This document shows positions 1 to 10,983 of a DNA stretch of 64,000 nt, piece by piece. The notes below the pieces were generated by a model that saw nothing but the letters and a program-made list of their open reading frames with translations, was not told the origin of the DNA and made no database searches. Source of the DNA: Candidatus Babeliales bacterium (GTDB lineage: Bacteria > Babelota > Babeliae > Babelales > Vermiphilaceae); NCBI GenBank assembly GCA_963743635.1, contig CAVUQO010000002.1, positions 268,110 through 332,109 of the forward strand. The letters are read 5' to 3'. A program made the translations under genes and the position numbers. Each line of letters begins with the position of its first letter. The first letter of the stretch is position 1.

Positions 1-155
1 GCCGTCAGGGCATCTTTGCCGCCACCATCAAGTTCGATAAATGTTTTTGCATTTTCATCGAGGTGAAAAATAGCAGTTTGATCAAACACTTTCGGCACAA
101 GATCATGCTGCTCGGCAATTTCTCGGGCACGTTCAAGCGCCTGGGTGCGATTCAT
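1..155 (-). CDS. hypothetical protein, N-terminal part only (gene continues beyond the left edge)
   Basis: Reverse-strand ATG at 153-155 opens MNRTQALERAREIAEQHDLVPKVFDQTAIFHLDENAKTFIELDGGGKDALT... with no stop before position 1. It is absent from the ORF track because it is truncated. No family recognised. Confidence 0.3.
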   Translation of the reverse strand, partial: MNRTQALERAREIAEQHDLVPKVFDQTAIFHLDENAKTFIELDGGGKDALT

Positions 156-365
156 GGTTATGTTGAGAGAAAGAATGGGGAATGCAATGGGGAAAAAATG
201 GAATGTAATCGGTATACAGATAAGGCTTGCCATACAGAGCATAAACCAGGTACTACGCTTGAAATTCATAATGATCCTTTGGTGAGTTTCTTTTTTCTTA
301 AATGTACAGTATTGTAATAGGGTATTAACATATCCTAATTGCCTTAAACACGTAAAGGTATTCTT

Positions 366-1538
366 GTGAAAAGGTTGTCATTGCCCGTACAACTTCTATT
401 GGTTATAGCTGGTGTATTATTGTTTGGTTCTTATGCGAGCGAGATGGTGGTGCGTACCTGCTTTACCTTTAGTACGGTCTTTAAGGATCTTTTGGGGCTG
501 TTGCTTCCATGGATATTATTTACGTTTGTGGCAACCGGTATTCTCTCATTTAAAAAGAATGCACCGTTAGTGCTTGCGATTATGGTTGCAATGATTTTTA
601 TATCCAATGGATTGGCTGCATTGCTTACGTTCTTTGTTGCGCAGCAAGTCATTCCCTTCATGGGAAGTGCATTTGGCGCTGATTGTTGTGCACAGAATGC
701 ATTGCCTTCATTAAAACCCTACGTTTCGTTGCAATTGCCGATTCCTGATAATGCAGGGATTATGGCATTGCTTGCTGCGTTGGGTGTGGGCATGTTCTTA
801 TCGTTTGTATCTATTCCTGAAGTTGAGCGCATGCTTACAATCGTAAAAAGAATGGTCGAATATGTGCTCATGCGTGTCTTTATTCCATTCTTGCCGCTGT
901 ATGTACTGGGGTTTCTGCTTGAAGTGAAATATAAGGGAGTATTTTTAAGTTTGTTTGAGCAGTATGGCAGTGCGGTAGTGGTGATTGTAACCCTGCAGAT
1001 TGCATATCTTGCATGGCTGTATTTCGTTGCGACCGGTTTTTCATTCAGCAAAGCGAAGGAAGCAATTGCAAATGCATTGCCGAGTTATTTGACTGCTTTT
1101 AGCACGATGTCCAGCACTGCAACCATTCCCGTTAGCGTTGTCTGTGCTGAAAAAAATACCGGAAACCGTCCATTGGCTGATGTGGCGATGCCAATTATGG
1201 CAAACGTACATTTGCTGGGCGATGGGATTAGTACTCCGATGTTAGCATTGGTGACGATGTCTATATTCTTATGCGGCATGCCCAGTTTTATTCAGTATGC
1301 GACGTTTGTGATCTACTTTTGCATGTCAATGTTTGCTGCATCAGGTGTTCCGGGCGGGGGTATTTTGGTGATGATGCCAATTTTAAAATCGCAGCTCGGA
1401 TTTACTCCTGAAATGCAAAGCATGATTCTTACTATTTACATGCTCATGGATTCATTTGGTACTGCATCAAATGTGATGGGCGATGGTGCGTTAGTGATGA
1501 TGCTCAATAGTGTTCTTAAAAAATTCAAGATTCAATAA
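366..1538 (+). CDS. dicarboxylate/amino acid:cation symporter (DAACS / sodium:dicarboxylate symporter family)
   Basis: 390-aa polytopic membrane ORF with a GTG start. It has an HP1-like SSTATIP motif and an NVMGDGAL motif (cf. NMDGTA), both typical of this transporter family. Confidence 0.7.
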   Translation: MKRLSLPVQLLLVIAGVLLFGSYASEMVVRTCFTFSTVFKDLLGLLLPWILFTFVATGILSFKKNAPLVLAIMVAMIFISNGLAALLTFFVAQQVIPFMGSAFGADCCAQNALPSLKPYVSLQLPIPDNAGIMALLAALGVGMFLSFVSIPEVERMLTIVKRMVEYVLMRVFIPFLPLYVLGFLLEVKYKGVFLSLFEQYGSAVVVIVTLQIAYLAWLYFVATGFSFSKAKEAIANALPSYLTAFSTMSSTATIPVSVVCAEKNTGNRPLADVAMPIMANVHLLGDGISTPMLALVTMSIFLCGMPSFIQYATFVIYFCMSMFAASGVPGGGILVMMPILKSQLGFTPEMQSMILTIYMLMDSFGTASNVMGDGALVMMLNSVLKKFKIQ

Positions 1539-2148
1539 CGTAGCATTGCTTGCAACGTGCTTGATACGATTCTTCTGCGCCAATCATAATGATCGGGTCG
1601 CTGTAGCGCGCTGGTTTTCCATTGATAATGCGCTGTGAGCGGTAGGCGTCCGTTCCGCAAATCGTACAAATTGCTTGAAGTTTGGTGACCGTATCGGCGA
1701 GTGCAAGGATTGCGCCCATTGGTCCAAACGGTTACGATAATCAAGATCAAGGCCGGCAATAATAACGCGTTTGCCTTGTGCAATGAGTGTGCGAATAACC
1801 GGAATGATCTCGTTAGAAAAGAATTGTACTTCATCGATTGCGATAACATCGTAGTGATTAGCAGCAACCAAATCAAGAAGGTCTTGCGGAGAGCTTATAG
1901 GTCGAGCGTCATAAGTCGTGCCGTTGTGCGAAGTTATGGTGTTACTCGCAGCGCGTGTATCGAGCATTGGTTTTACCACTAATAGATTGATGTGCGATAT
2001 CTGCACGAATAAGACGACGAATCAGTTCTTCCGATTTGCCGGCAAACATAGGCCCACAAATCACCTCGAGTTTTGCCTGAAATGAATGGATGAGATGCGT
2101 GGCAACGAATGAGCTGCTTACGATAAGGCTCAATAATAATTTTTTCAT
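1525..2148 (-). CDS. tdk: thymidine kinase, copy 1 (reading frame broken twice in this sequence)
   Basis: The gene lies in three reverse-strand frames. N-terminus: [14 protein letters not shown]...[19 protein letters not shown] (P-loop, ATG 2146-2148). Middle: [12 protein letters not shown]...[12 protein letters not shown] (ORF 1584-2006). C-terminus: LQAICTICG...[11 protein letters not shown] (ORF 1525-1719, zinc-ribbon Cys pairs). Frame changes fall near 1725 and 1990. Confidence 0.75.
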
Positions 2149-2155
2149 GGCATAT

Positions 2156-3506
2156 CTATTCGGTAAAGAGTGATAATAATTCATAAACGTTCGTAAAATA
2201 TTTGATAGCACATGAAGTTTTATCAATTTTTTGGTTTTTGGCAACAAGAATTTGCTTGATGCCAAATTTTTCTGCTTCACAAATGCAATTGATTTGATTA
2301 ATAGGTTTAATTTGTCCGGTTAGACTAATTTCCCCTAAAGCGAGTGATTTTTCTGGCAATGGTTGTTGAAAATAACTGGAAAGCAGTGCAAGGGCAATGC
2401 CCAAATCGGTGGCACTTCCTTTAATTTTAAATCCGCCACTTACTTTAAAGAAAATATCTTGTGAGCTTAATTTAATATGTAGATATTTTTCTAAAATTGC
2501 CGCAATGAGCACAACCTGTTTATGATCAAGGCCGGAAACAACGCGTTGCGGAATGCCAAGTTTTGATTCGATGGTGAGTGCTTGCAATTCAATAAGTAGC
2601 GGGCGCGATCCTTCAATCACGCTGACTAAGACCGATCCCGGATGCATGCGAAAGTTCACTTATAAAGTTGTTCGTTAATATTGGGTACTTCTTCAAGCCC
2701 TTCTTCTCCCATTTCAAAAAAACCAAGTTCATTAATCGTACCAAAACGATTTTTTACCGAGCGTAAAACACGCGTTTGCCAACGATCTTCGCCTTGCAGA
2801 TAAAAGACGGCATCGACCATATGTTCTAATGTTTTAGGGCCCGCAATAGTGCCTTCTTTGGTAATATGTCCGCTCACAATTACGGTGATATTGTGTTCTT
2901 TTGCCAAACGCATGAGATGAAAGCTGATTCACGCAGTTGGCCAACACTTCCCGGGAAATGTAGTTGCTGAGCTCGCGGTGTAGCAATTTTGAATCGAATC
3001 GATGATCACAATATCCGGCTTTTTGCTTGCGCAGGTTGCAATAATTGTCTTCTAAATCTGCTTGATCAGAAAAAAGAAGATTGTCATTGATACATTCCAA
3101 GCGCTCAGCACGTTGTTTTACTTGTTGCAAAGATTCTTCGGTGGAAAAATAAAAAACACGATATGTTTTTCGCAAGGCGATTGCAAATTTGCAGTAGCAA
3201 AGTTGATTTACCAATGCCAGGGTCACCGGTTAAAATGAGTAGTGAGCTGGGCATAATGCCGCCGCCCACCACGCGATCCCATTCATCAATGCCGGAAAAC
3301 ATACGCGTCTTTTTGTGCGTGGGAGCATCATCGAGATTGCATCATAGTTACGCGTGCAGCCGTTATTTTGGCACCCGAGGGAATTGGGAGCAGTGGTTTA
3401 CTTCAGTGAGTGAATTCCATTCATTGCATTCAGGGCAACAGCCCATCCATTTGAGCGTTTGATAGTTGCAGTTGGAACAGGTGAAAGTGATTTTTTGTTT
3501 ACTCAT
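2156..3506 (-). CDS. radA: DNA repair protein RadA (reading frame broken at least four times in this sequence)
   Basis: Hand translation from ATG 3504-3506 gives [33 protein letters not shown], the RadA zinc finger. Other hallmarks are Walker A GDPGIGKSTLLLQ (ORF 3105-3302), KNRFGTINELGFFEM (ORF 2656-2913) and a Lon-protease-like C-terminal domain (ORF 2156-2659). The pieces sit in different frames. Confidence 0.85.
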
Positions 3507-4083
3507 GGATTTGAAACTCGGGGTGTTTATCAATACTATAACAATTTCTACAGCGTGCTTGGTATGCTTCTTGCGTGCCGATCATAATAATAGGATCTTG
3601 ATATTGGGCAGGTTTGCCATTCACTAACCGTTGAGTATAGTGCGCATCTTGGCCACATGCAGGCAGATTGCACGTAATTTGGTAATTTCATCGGCAATAG
3701 CAAGCAAGATGGGCATGGGACCAAAAGGTTCGCCACGAAAATTAAGATCAAGCCCAGCCACAATAATGCGTTTTCCTTTATTGATGAGTTCGCAGATCGT
3801 ATGAATGATTGTGCGCGGAAAAAATTGGATTTCATCAATGCCCATTACTTCAATATGATGCCATGCAAGTTCAAAAATGATCTGTTCATTATCTACCGCA
3901 TGAGCATCAATTTTACTGCCATCGTGGGAATAAACGTATTCGACTAGCGGTTCGACTATCGAACTGTGTTTAAAGGCAACAACTTGTTTTTGCAATTTTT
4001 GCACGCCGCAATCTGCGAATGAGTTCTTCTGATTTGCCAGAAAACATGGGGCCGCAAATAACCTCTAAACGTCCATGATCCAT
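3499..4083 (-). CDS. tdk: thymidine kinase, copy 2 (reading frame broken twice in this sequence)
   Basis: N-terminus: [25 protein letters not shown] (ATG 4081-4083). Middle: IDEIQFF...[18 protein letters not shown] (ORF 3624-4004). C-terminus: [39 protein letters not shown]...HE*, read by hand in a third frame. The stop at 3499-3501 overlaps the radA ATG (ATGAGTAA). Confidence 0.75.
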
Positions 4084-4180
4084 TGAATATACTCCTGGTA
4101 TGACCTTACTATGAGATGACGATATAATCTAGTATACTGTGGGGGGTTAAAAAGTGAAAATGATCATTGGAGATTGCACT

Positions 4181-4648
<468 letters not shown>

Positions 4649-4761
4649 CGGGGAGGCAGTAAAAATCCTATAATGGGCAAAAGGGCGTGATATTGGGATG
4701 ATTTAGAGGCCGCAGAGAAGAATGGTCTGCTCAAGAGGTCTATTTGGAAGGGAAATTAGTT

Positions 4762-4784
4762 AAAACAGCCGTTTTGGCTGTTTT
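4762..4784 (+). terminator. candidate stem-loop terminator downstream of 4181-4648
   Basis: AAAACAGCC-GTTTT-GGCTGTTTT forms a 9-bp stem with a 5-nt loop. The T-run is part of the stem, so this is only a moderate candidate. Confidence 0.35.
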
Positions 4785-4805
4785 AAGGGCCCCTTTAGTT
4801 TCTAC

Positions 4806-4834
4806 TTGAAATAATATTAAAGTTCTGTTATAAT
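4806..4834 (+). promoter_or_regulatory. sigma70-like promoter upstream of the RBR-domain gene
   Basis: TTGAAA (4806-4811), a 17-nt spacer and TATAAT (4829-4834), about 60 nt upstream of ATG 4897. An AAGGGAG ribosome-binding site precedes the ATG. Confidence 0.45.
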
Positions 4835-4896
4835 GGTATCTAGGAAGAGAAAAAAGTGATTTTTACTCTTATTATTAACCAAAAAAGGGAGATATC

Positions 4897-6192
4897 ATGA
4901 AATTTATAACACAATTAGTATTAGTATCAATGGTCCTTACTGGCCAATCGATATCCGCTATGAGCGCAAAAGCACTGGCGGCTTATAGAGAGCGTGAAAT
5001 GGCAGGAAGAACAGAGCAAGCCTCTGCAGCTTCAAGCAGCTCATCATCGTCCTCATCAGCGAGCAGTCAATCATCAGAAGGGGAAGCGCGTAGACCTAAA
5101 GGAAAACGAGCTTTAACGCGTCAAGAATTGACACAGATGGAACAACAAGAAAAAGCAGCCATAGAGGCACTAAAATTGGCAGAAAAAGCAGCGTATGAAG
5201 CAGAGGATAAAGCAAGAGAAGAAGCAAAAAAACTCGAAGCATTAGCTGCAGAATTGGCACAAGAAGAGTGGAATTTGGAAAGGCAAGCTGCAGAGAAACT
5301 TGCAAAGCAAGATGAAGAATTAGCGAAACAATTGCAAAAACAAGCAAGTATTGAAGCAAAAGAAGAAGAATTGAATACTCTTAAACAGCAGCAGCAGATT
5401 GCAGAAAAAGATGCGCTGTTAGCGAAGCAATTGGCAGAGCAGGTAGAGGCAGAAGCGCAAGAGCTTAAGCAGCGAATTGCCGAAGATGAAGAACTAGCGA
5501 GAAAATTAGCTGAAGAAAGTGGCCCTTCTGGTCAGTCGAGTGCGAGTAGTTCTTCACAAGCGGCCGAGCTCCAGCAGTGCGGCATTTGTATGGAAGACGT
5601 TGAGCCGCAGAATATGGTAAATCTTGCATGTCAGCATGCCTATTGCCGTGGATGTTTGACTCAGCTTGTTGAAACCGGTCTTAAGGAAAAAAATATTGAA
5701 GGTATTAAGTGCCCAACGTCTGAATGTAATGCTCCAATGACCCGGGCAGATATTTTTGATATTACGCAAAATCCTGCAAAAGTTGAGGAATATAATGCTA
5801 TCGCTACCGAGACAGCCCTACCTAAGCTGCAAGGTATCAGGCAGTGTCCTACGGCGAACTGTCCATACCAATTTTTAAATGAAGCAGATGAGACTCAGGA
5901 AACGCGGTGTCCTATGTGCACAAAGCGCTATTGCGCAAACTGCTTAAAAGAGCACAGTGCTCGCATGTCGTGCGAACAAGCGGCAGCTGACGCGGCAATG
6001 ACCTCAGATGATCGGGAGCGGGCAACGGAAGAATGGAAAAAAACACACACAAAGCCATGTCCGAAATGTAACGTTTCAATTGAGAAAGATGCAGGATGTA
6101 ATCATATGAGATGCATAACTCCTAGCTGCAGCCACCAGTTTTGTTGGGTGTGTAAACAGCCATGGAACGCAGACCATTACCGCTGTCAGTGA
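4897..6192 (+). CDS. secreted-looking coiled-coil protein with a C-terminal RING1-IBR-RING2 (RBR) E3 ubiquitin-ligase-like module
   Basis: N-terminus MKFITQLVLVSMVLTGQSISA, then a poly-Ser tract and an E/K/A/Q-rich region. RING1: CGICMEDVEPQNMVNLACQHAYCRGC...IKCPTSEC. IBR: CPTANCPYQF...RCPMCTKRYCANCLKEHSARMSC. Rcat: CPKCNVSIEKDAGCNHMRCITPSCSHQFCWVCKQPWNADHYRC. Confidence 0.85.
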   Translation: MKFITQLVLVSMVLTGQSISAMSAKALAAYREREMAGRTEQASAASSSSSSSSSASSQSSEGEARRPKGKRALTRQELTQMEQQEKAAIEALKLAEKAAYEAEDKAREEAKKLEALAAELAQEEWNLERQAAEKLAKQDEELAKQLQKQASIEAKEEELNTLKQQQQIAEKDALLAKQLAEQVEAEAQELKQRIAEDEELARKLAEESGPSGQSSASSSSQAAELQQCGICMEDVEPQNMVNLACQHAYCRGCLTQLVETGLKEKNIEGIKCPTSECNAPMTRADIFDITQNPAKVEEYNAIATETALPKLQGIRQCPTANCPYQFLNEADETQETRCPMCTKRYCANCLKEHSARMSCEQAAADAAMTSDDRERATEEWKKTHTKPCPKCNVSIEKDAGCNHMRCITPSCSHQFCWVCKQPWNADHYRCQ

Positions 6193-6373
6193 CCGTTATA
6201 ATTATAGGTATAAATCTGTGCCCCCTTGTTTCTGACTAGAAAATAAGGGGGCTACTATTTCTAGATGGGCAGCAAAAATCCTAAAAAAGTGTATACTGAT
6301 AAGGATTTTGATAAATACCTATGCCTGGCCTGATACCTAAAAAGCCATGGCTTTCAGTGATGTGGAATGATTT

Positions 6374-7109
6374 ATGAAAAAAATAATACAAAAACCAGCA
6401 TTGGTGACCTTAAATACTTATCTTGCTCATGCGGGCGTTTGTTCTCGTCGAAAAGCGGCTGAATTGGTTGAATCGGGCGTCGTGCGCGTCAACCAGCAGG
6501 TTGTGGCTGATCCCGGCTATCGGGTAAAACCAGATGATATCGTGGAAGTCTCGGGAAGAAACATTACTCCTGAAGATCACGTCTATGTTTTGCTTAATAA
6601 GCCAAAAGATTATGTAACGACCGTTTCAGATGAGCGTGGCCGTAAAACAGTCATGGACTTAGTTCGCGGTGCTGGGCACGTTCGGCTGTATCCCATTGGG
6701 CGCCTTGATCGGATTACAACCGGATTATTGCTCATGACCAATGATGGTGCATTTGCAGAAAAATTGGCCCATCCTCGCTATGAAGTAGAAAAAGTATACA
6801 CGGTGACGCTTGATAAGAGCGTGAGCTCTGGTGATATACAGACGATTATGCGTGGAATTCAGCTTGAAGATGGATTGATTAAGGTGGATGATATAGCGTA
6901 TACGGGGACCACCAAAAGAGAGGTTACCTTAGCGCTTCACAGCGGAAAATATCGGGTTGTGCGTAGAATATTTGAACAACTTGGGTATGATGTGCGTAAG
7001 CTTGACCGTATAGAATATGCAGGGTTAACCAAAAAAGAGTACCGGTTGGTATGTGGCGTTACCTGACGGATGGCGAAGTTGCCGCACTAAAAAGAATGAA
7101 AAATGAGGA
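6374..7109 (+). CDS. rRNA pseudouridine synthase, RsuA/RluB family (one frame change near the 3' end)
   Basis: S4-like N-terminus (LNTYLAHAGVCSRRKA) and the catalytic motif GRLDRITTGLLLMTNDG. The ORF stops at 7066. A shifted frame continues ...VGMWRYLTDGEVAALKRMKNEEKE* to 7109, which implies an indel in or near the A-run at 7031-7036. Confidence 0.8.
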
Positions 7110-7121
7110 AAAGGAATAATC

Positions 7122-7908
7122 ATGGATTATGGAACGATTGTTCGTATTGGTATTTTGGTCGCAATGGGCGTAGTTGGCATTTCTGCCATGAAACGCGTCT
7201 TAACCAGAGCTCTCGAGCGATGGTACAATGATCCAGTTCGCATACCGATTATGGTACGATTGTTGACCTATTTAGCGGTATTTATTGTCGGTGCCTCAAT
7301 TATGCAAGAATTGGGCATTAATATTACTGCATTGTTGGGTGCTGCAGGGATCTTGGGTGTGGCCATTGGTTTTGCCGCACAAGCGAGCGTCAGTAATATC
7401 ATCAGTGGTATATTTATCCTGATCGAACGTCCGTTCTCAATAGATGATGAAATTCAAATTGATGAGTTCAGTGGAAAAGTGGTAGACATCAATCTATTTT
7501 CTATCGGATTGCTGACTCCCGATCATCGTTCTATTCGTATTCCGCACGAAAAATTATTGAAAAACGTTATCATCAATAAAACTCATCGCGCAAAGCGCCG
7601 TTACGAAGTCACTATTGCATTAGCATCGTATGAAGATCTTGATCGTGCACGTGCAGTGTTTGTGGATGCTATGCGTAATGAATCGTATTGCCTAATCTCA
7701 CCTGAGCCAATTGTGTGGGTGGATACAATCAATGGCGATGTAACGCAATTGATCGTTGGTGTTTGGGTTGATAGCAGCAAATTGGTTGAAGCAAAACACC
7801 GTCTTGTTGGCGCGTTATATCCCGCGTGTAAAAAAGAAAATATACATCTCATCAACCATCTACGATGTCGATACAAGTCACGCAGAAGTAATTTCAACAA
7901 TGATGTGA
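7122..7908 (+). CDS. small-conductance mechanosensitive channel (MscS family); 3' end uncertain
   Basis: TM helices plus the signature GVAIGFAAQASVSNIISGIFILIERPFSIDDEIQID. The listed ORF 7122-8261 runs on into murA. A shifted frame gives ...SSTIYDVDTSHAEVISTMM*, ending at 7908. Confidence 0.6.
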
Positions 7909-7991
7909 GTTTTTGTAGGCAACGTCTGGATCTTATGATACGCTCCTTGCATAAATTATGTAAAAATTATCTATGCGTAGCAGGTATTCGT

Positions 7992-9324
7992 ATGTCAAAT
8001 GCTCATCTCGTCATTGAACAATCGTGGGGTCTTTCAGGAGAATTGGAATTGGTTGGCGCAAAAAATGCGGTGCTGGTCATTATGGCAGCATTAATTTTGA
8101 CGCGCGGCAAGTCAGTTCTAAAAAATGTTCCGGCATCATCTGATGTCGATCAAATGATTTTAGTGCTCGAAGAATTGGGCGCTCAGGTTACGTTCTGTCG
8201 CAAAGAACATCGTCTTGAAGTTGATACAACGTTCCATCTCAAAATACAGCGTCAGTCCTGAAATCATGCGCAAGATGCGGGCATCCATTTTAGTAATGGG
8301 GCCGTTACTTGCACGCTTTGGTAAAGCAGATATTGCATTGCCGGGCGGTTGCGTCATTGGCGCGCGTCCCGTTGATTATCACATCAAAAATTTTGAACAA
8401 ATGGGCGTCATGGTTGAAATGCATGGTGACTACTTAAAAGCAGTAGCGCCAGTTTTGCAGGCAACCACGTTAGTGCTCGATTATCCAAGCGTTGGTGCAA
8501 CTGAAAATATTATGATGGCTGCAGCGCTGACGCCGGGCGTAACGCGCATTATTAATGCCGCATTAGAGCCGGAAGTGTTGGATTGCATTGAAGTGCTGCG
8601 TAAAATGGGTGCAGATATTGCGATTTTACCGCCAGCAACGCTTGAAATTAGAGGCGTGAGCTCGCTAAAACCCATTGAGCATGCGATTGTCTATGATCGT
8701 TTAGAAGCGGGCGCATTATTGCTAGCTGCGGCGATTACGGGCGGAAATATTTCATTGCCACAAGCGCCAGCATACACGATGGATATTGTGATTAAGAAAT
8801 TACGAGATATGGGGCATATTCTGAACGTGGGTGCAGATGGGGTCGGAATTACCTTACACGCAACGCAAACGCCGCGCGCCGTATCATTCAAGACTGGTCC
8901 ATATCCGAGCTTTCCGACCGATTTACAAGCGCCTATGATGGCAGCGCAATGTATTGCCAATGGCACGAGTATGGTCGAAGAGACGGTTTTTGAAAATCGT
9001 TTGGTGCATGTGCGTGAATTGCAAAAAATGGGTGCGCAGATTACCGTTGAGCACAATAAAGCAACGGTAATGGGTGTTGAGGAATTGTATGGAACGCAGA
9101 TCATTGCAACCGATATTCGCTCTTCATGCGCATTAGTTCTTGCGGGATTAGTGGCAAAAGGAGCAACGCATATGACCGGCATTCATCATTGGCAACGAGG
9201 TTATGAAATGCTTGAGCGTAAACTTGCTCATTTGGGTGCGCGTATTGCGCTTAAAGAATTCGAGCCAGCTCGCGTTGAGTTTGACGAAACTCTTGATAAG
9301 AAATGGCACGAAGTACAATCGTAG
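7992..9324 (+). CDS. murA: UDP-N-acetylglucosamine 1-carboxyvinyltransferase (one frame change near 8225-8235)
   Basis: ATG 7992 opens MSNAHLVIEQ...LVGAKNAVLVIMAALIL. The gene continues in ORF 8215-9324 with the active-site loop LPGGCVIGARPVDYH and the full-length MurA layout. Confidence 0.9.
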
Positions 9325-9455
9325 TTCGATGCGCTTCGCTACTCACCATGAACGGATTATTCTGAGTTTGACGAAGGAGCCATCACGACTGCGGCTATGT
9401 CAGACGTAGCTCCAGAAAGAAAGGAGCGAAGAGTGAATAAACGAAGTCGGAAGGG

Positions 9456-10304
9456 TTAGAACCCACCCGTGAGTTCGGTAAGTTCTTTGGTAATTTTTGC
9501 CTGACGCACTTTATTGTAGTGCAATTTATTCACTTCAAGTAAATTCTCAGCGCTGCGTGTTGAATTATCCATGGATAAAAAGCGCGCAGCTTGTTCTGCA
9601 AGTAATGAATGAAAGAGGAGCATATGTACCGTTGCTTGTAAGCATTGGCGCGTAATGTCATCAAGTAGTTCGCTCGGAGATTCTTCCCATCGATATTCAA
9701 TTCTTTCCAGCGTGCTGTGATCTCGGGTGCCCGGATCGAATGGAATGAGGCGCGTTATGTGCGGTTGTTGTACGAAAAAACTTCTAAATTTATTACTGAC
9801 GACGGTCACGTGCGTATAGGGTACTGGCATAGAGATCAGGTCTTGCACGATCGCTTCTGCAGTCAGTGCAATGGTGCTCATGGTCAGCGGAGAATAGATT
9901 TTAATGATTTTGCCAAAAGGCATGTCCTGTGTGTAATCAACCGTTTTTTTACCGACTATCATGACATCAGGCGTTTTGGTATAAGTACGAAGAGTGGCGC
10001 GCAGGAATTGAAAGAGCATAGTATTAAAGCTACCGCAAAGACCTTTTTCTGATCCCATGATGATGATAAGAGGTCGAGACTCCAGGTCTGCTTTTGGATT
10101 GAAATAGGGATGGTGCCAAACAGGAACTTCTTTTTTAATCATATGAAAGAGGGTATTGAGCGTTGTGGTGTACTGAGAAAGTGCAACTTCTTTATTTTTA
10201 AGGCGTGCATGGGTCGAGATAGAGATAAGTCGCATCGCGTGAGTAATTTTCTTAATTGTCTCGATCGCTTTTATTCGCTGTTTGAGCTGAGTCAATTGAG
10301 CCAT
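9456..10304 (-). CDS. atpG: F0F1 ATP synthase subunit gamma
   Basis: 282 aa. It starts MAQLTQLKQRIKAIETIKKITHAMRLIS, has GLCGSFN in the middle and ends ...YNKVRQAKITKELTELTGGF, which are the canonical gamma-subunit termini. Confidence 0.85.
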   Translation of the reverse strand: MAQLTQLKQRIKAIETIKKITHAMRLISISTHARLKNKEVALSQYTTTLNTLFHMIKKEVPVWHHPYFNPKADLESRPLIIIMGSEKGLCGSFNTMLFQFLRATLRTYTKTPDVMIVGKKTVDYTQDMPFGKIIKIYSPLTMSTIALTAEAIVQDLISMPVPYTHVTVVSNKFRSFFVQQPHITRLIPFDPGTRDHSTLERIEYRWEESPSELLDDITRQCLQATVHMLLFHSLLAEQAARFLSMDNSTRSAENLLEVNKLHYNKVRQAKITKELTELTGGF

Positions 10305-10395
10305 ATATGCGCCTTATATAAAATTATGGTAGGATACGTACCTTAATTACATATGGTATCGCTAACAAACTGTTTTTTCAATGGTGAGGGTATGT

Positions 10396-10977
10396 ATGAT
10401 TTTAATAATCGATGGTTATAATATTTTAAAGCGCCAGCATGTGGTCCGTTTTGTGGATGAGGCGGTACGCAAGCGATTCATACAAGGAGTTGCTGCATAC
10501 GCGCGTCATAGTGGTAATAAAGTTCTCGTGGTGTTTGATGGTGGCCCGCAGGACGATGCTTATGAAGAATATGGGCGTGGCGTGCAGGTTGTCTATTCGG
10601 GTACGCGAGAAACGGCTGACGATTATATTAAACGCTATGTGAAAAGGCATAGTAATAAAGATCTTATGCTCGTGACCTCTGATCGCGAACTGAATAGTAT
10701 TGCAGATCGTTATGCAGTTCCTTCGCTTGATGCGCATGAATTTGTGCGGGTTTTGATGTATAGTGAGCATGAGCGTTCGACGGGAAGTTCTTCAAAACAT
10801 GCGCCAATTATAAAAATGAGCACTGAAGAAATACCAGAATTGGATGAATTGATGGAGCAAGCGAGTAAAGCCGTACCACAAAAAACTGATGATCTGATGT
10901 TGAAAAATCGAAAAAGCGCCGCGCAAAAAATGTCAAAAAAAGAGCGCGAGTTGCTTAAAAAAGTAAAAAAATTATAG
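10396..10977 (+). CDS. NYN-domain (YacP/Rae1-like) predicted ribonuclease
   Basis: LIIDGYNILK...VVFDG...TADDYIKRYV...MLVTSDRELN matches the YacP-type PIN-like layout. The C-terminal tail is Lys-rich. ATG 10396 is preferred over 10381. Confidence 0.65.
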   Translation: MILIIDGYNILKRQHVVRFVDEAVRKRFIQGVAAYARHSGNKVLVVFDGGPQDDAYEEYGRGVQVVYSGTRETADDYIKRYVKRHSNKDLMLVTSDRELNSIADRYAVPSLDAHEFVRVLMYSEHERSTGSSSKHAPIIKMSTEEIPELDELMEQASKAVPQKTDDLMLKNRKSAAQKMSKKERELLKKVKKL

Positions 10978-10983
10978 GGGCTT

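Noticed and set aside
63-317. 84-aa plus-strand ORF at the left edge
   Set aside because: It lies antisense to, and overlaps, the better-supported truncated minus-strand gene (1-155), and otherwise sits in a divergent promoter region. It has no ribosome-binding site or recognisable family, so it is probably spurious.
7122-8261. Apparent MscS-MurA fusion protein (379-aa ORF)
   Set aside because: The MscS part has a plausible stop in a shifted frame (~7908). MurA has its own ATG at 7992, and the ORF then leaves the MurA frame again at ~8230. The fusion is an artefact of frame errors, not a real fusion.
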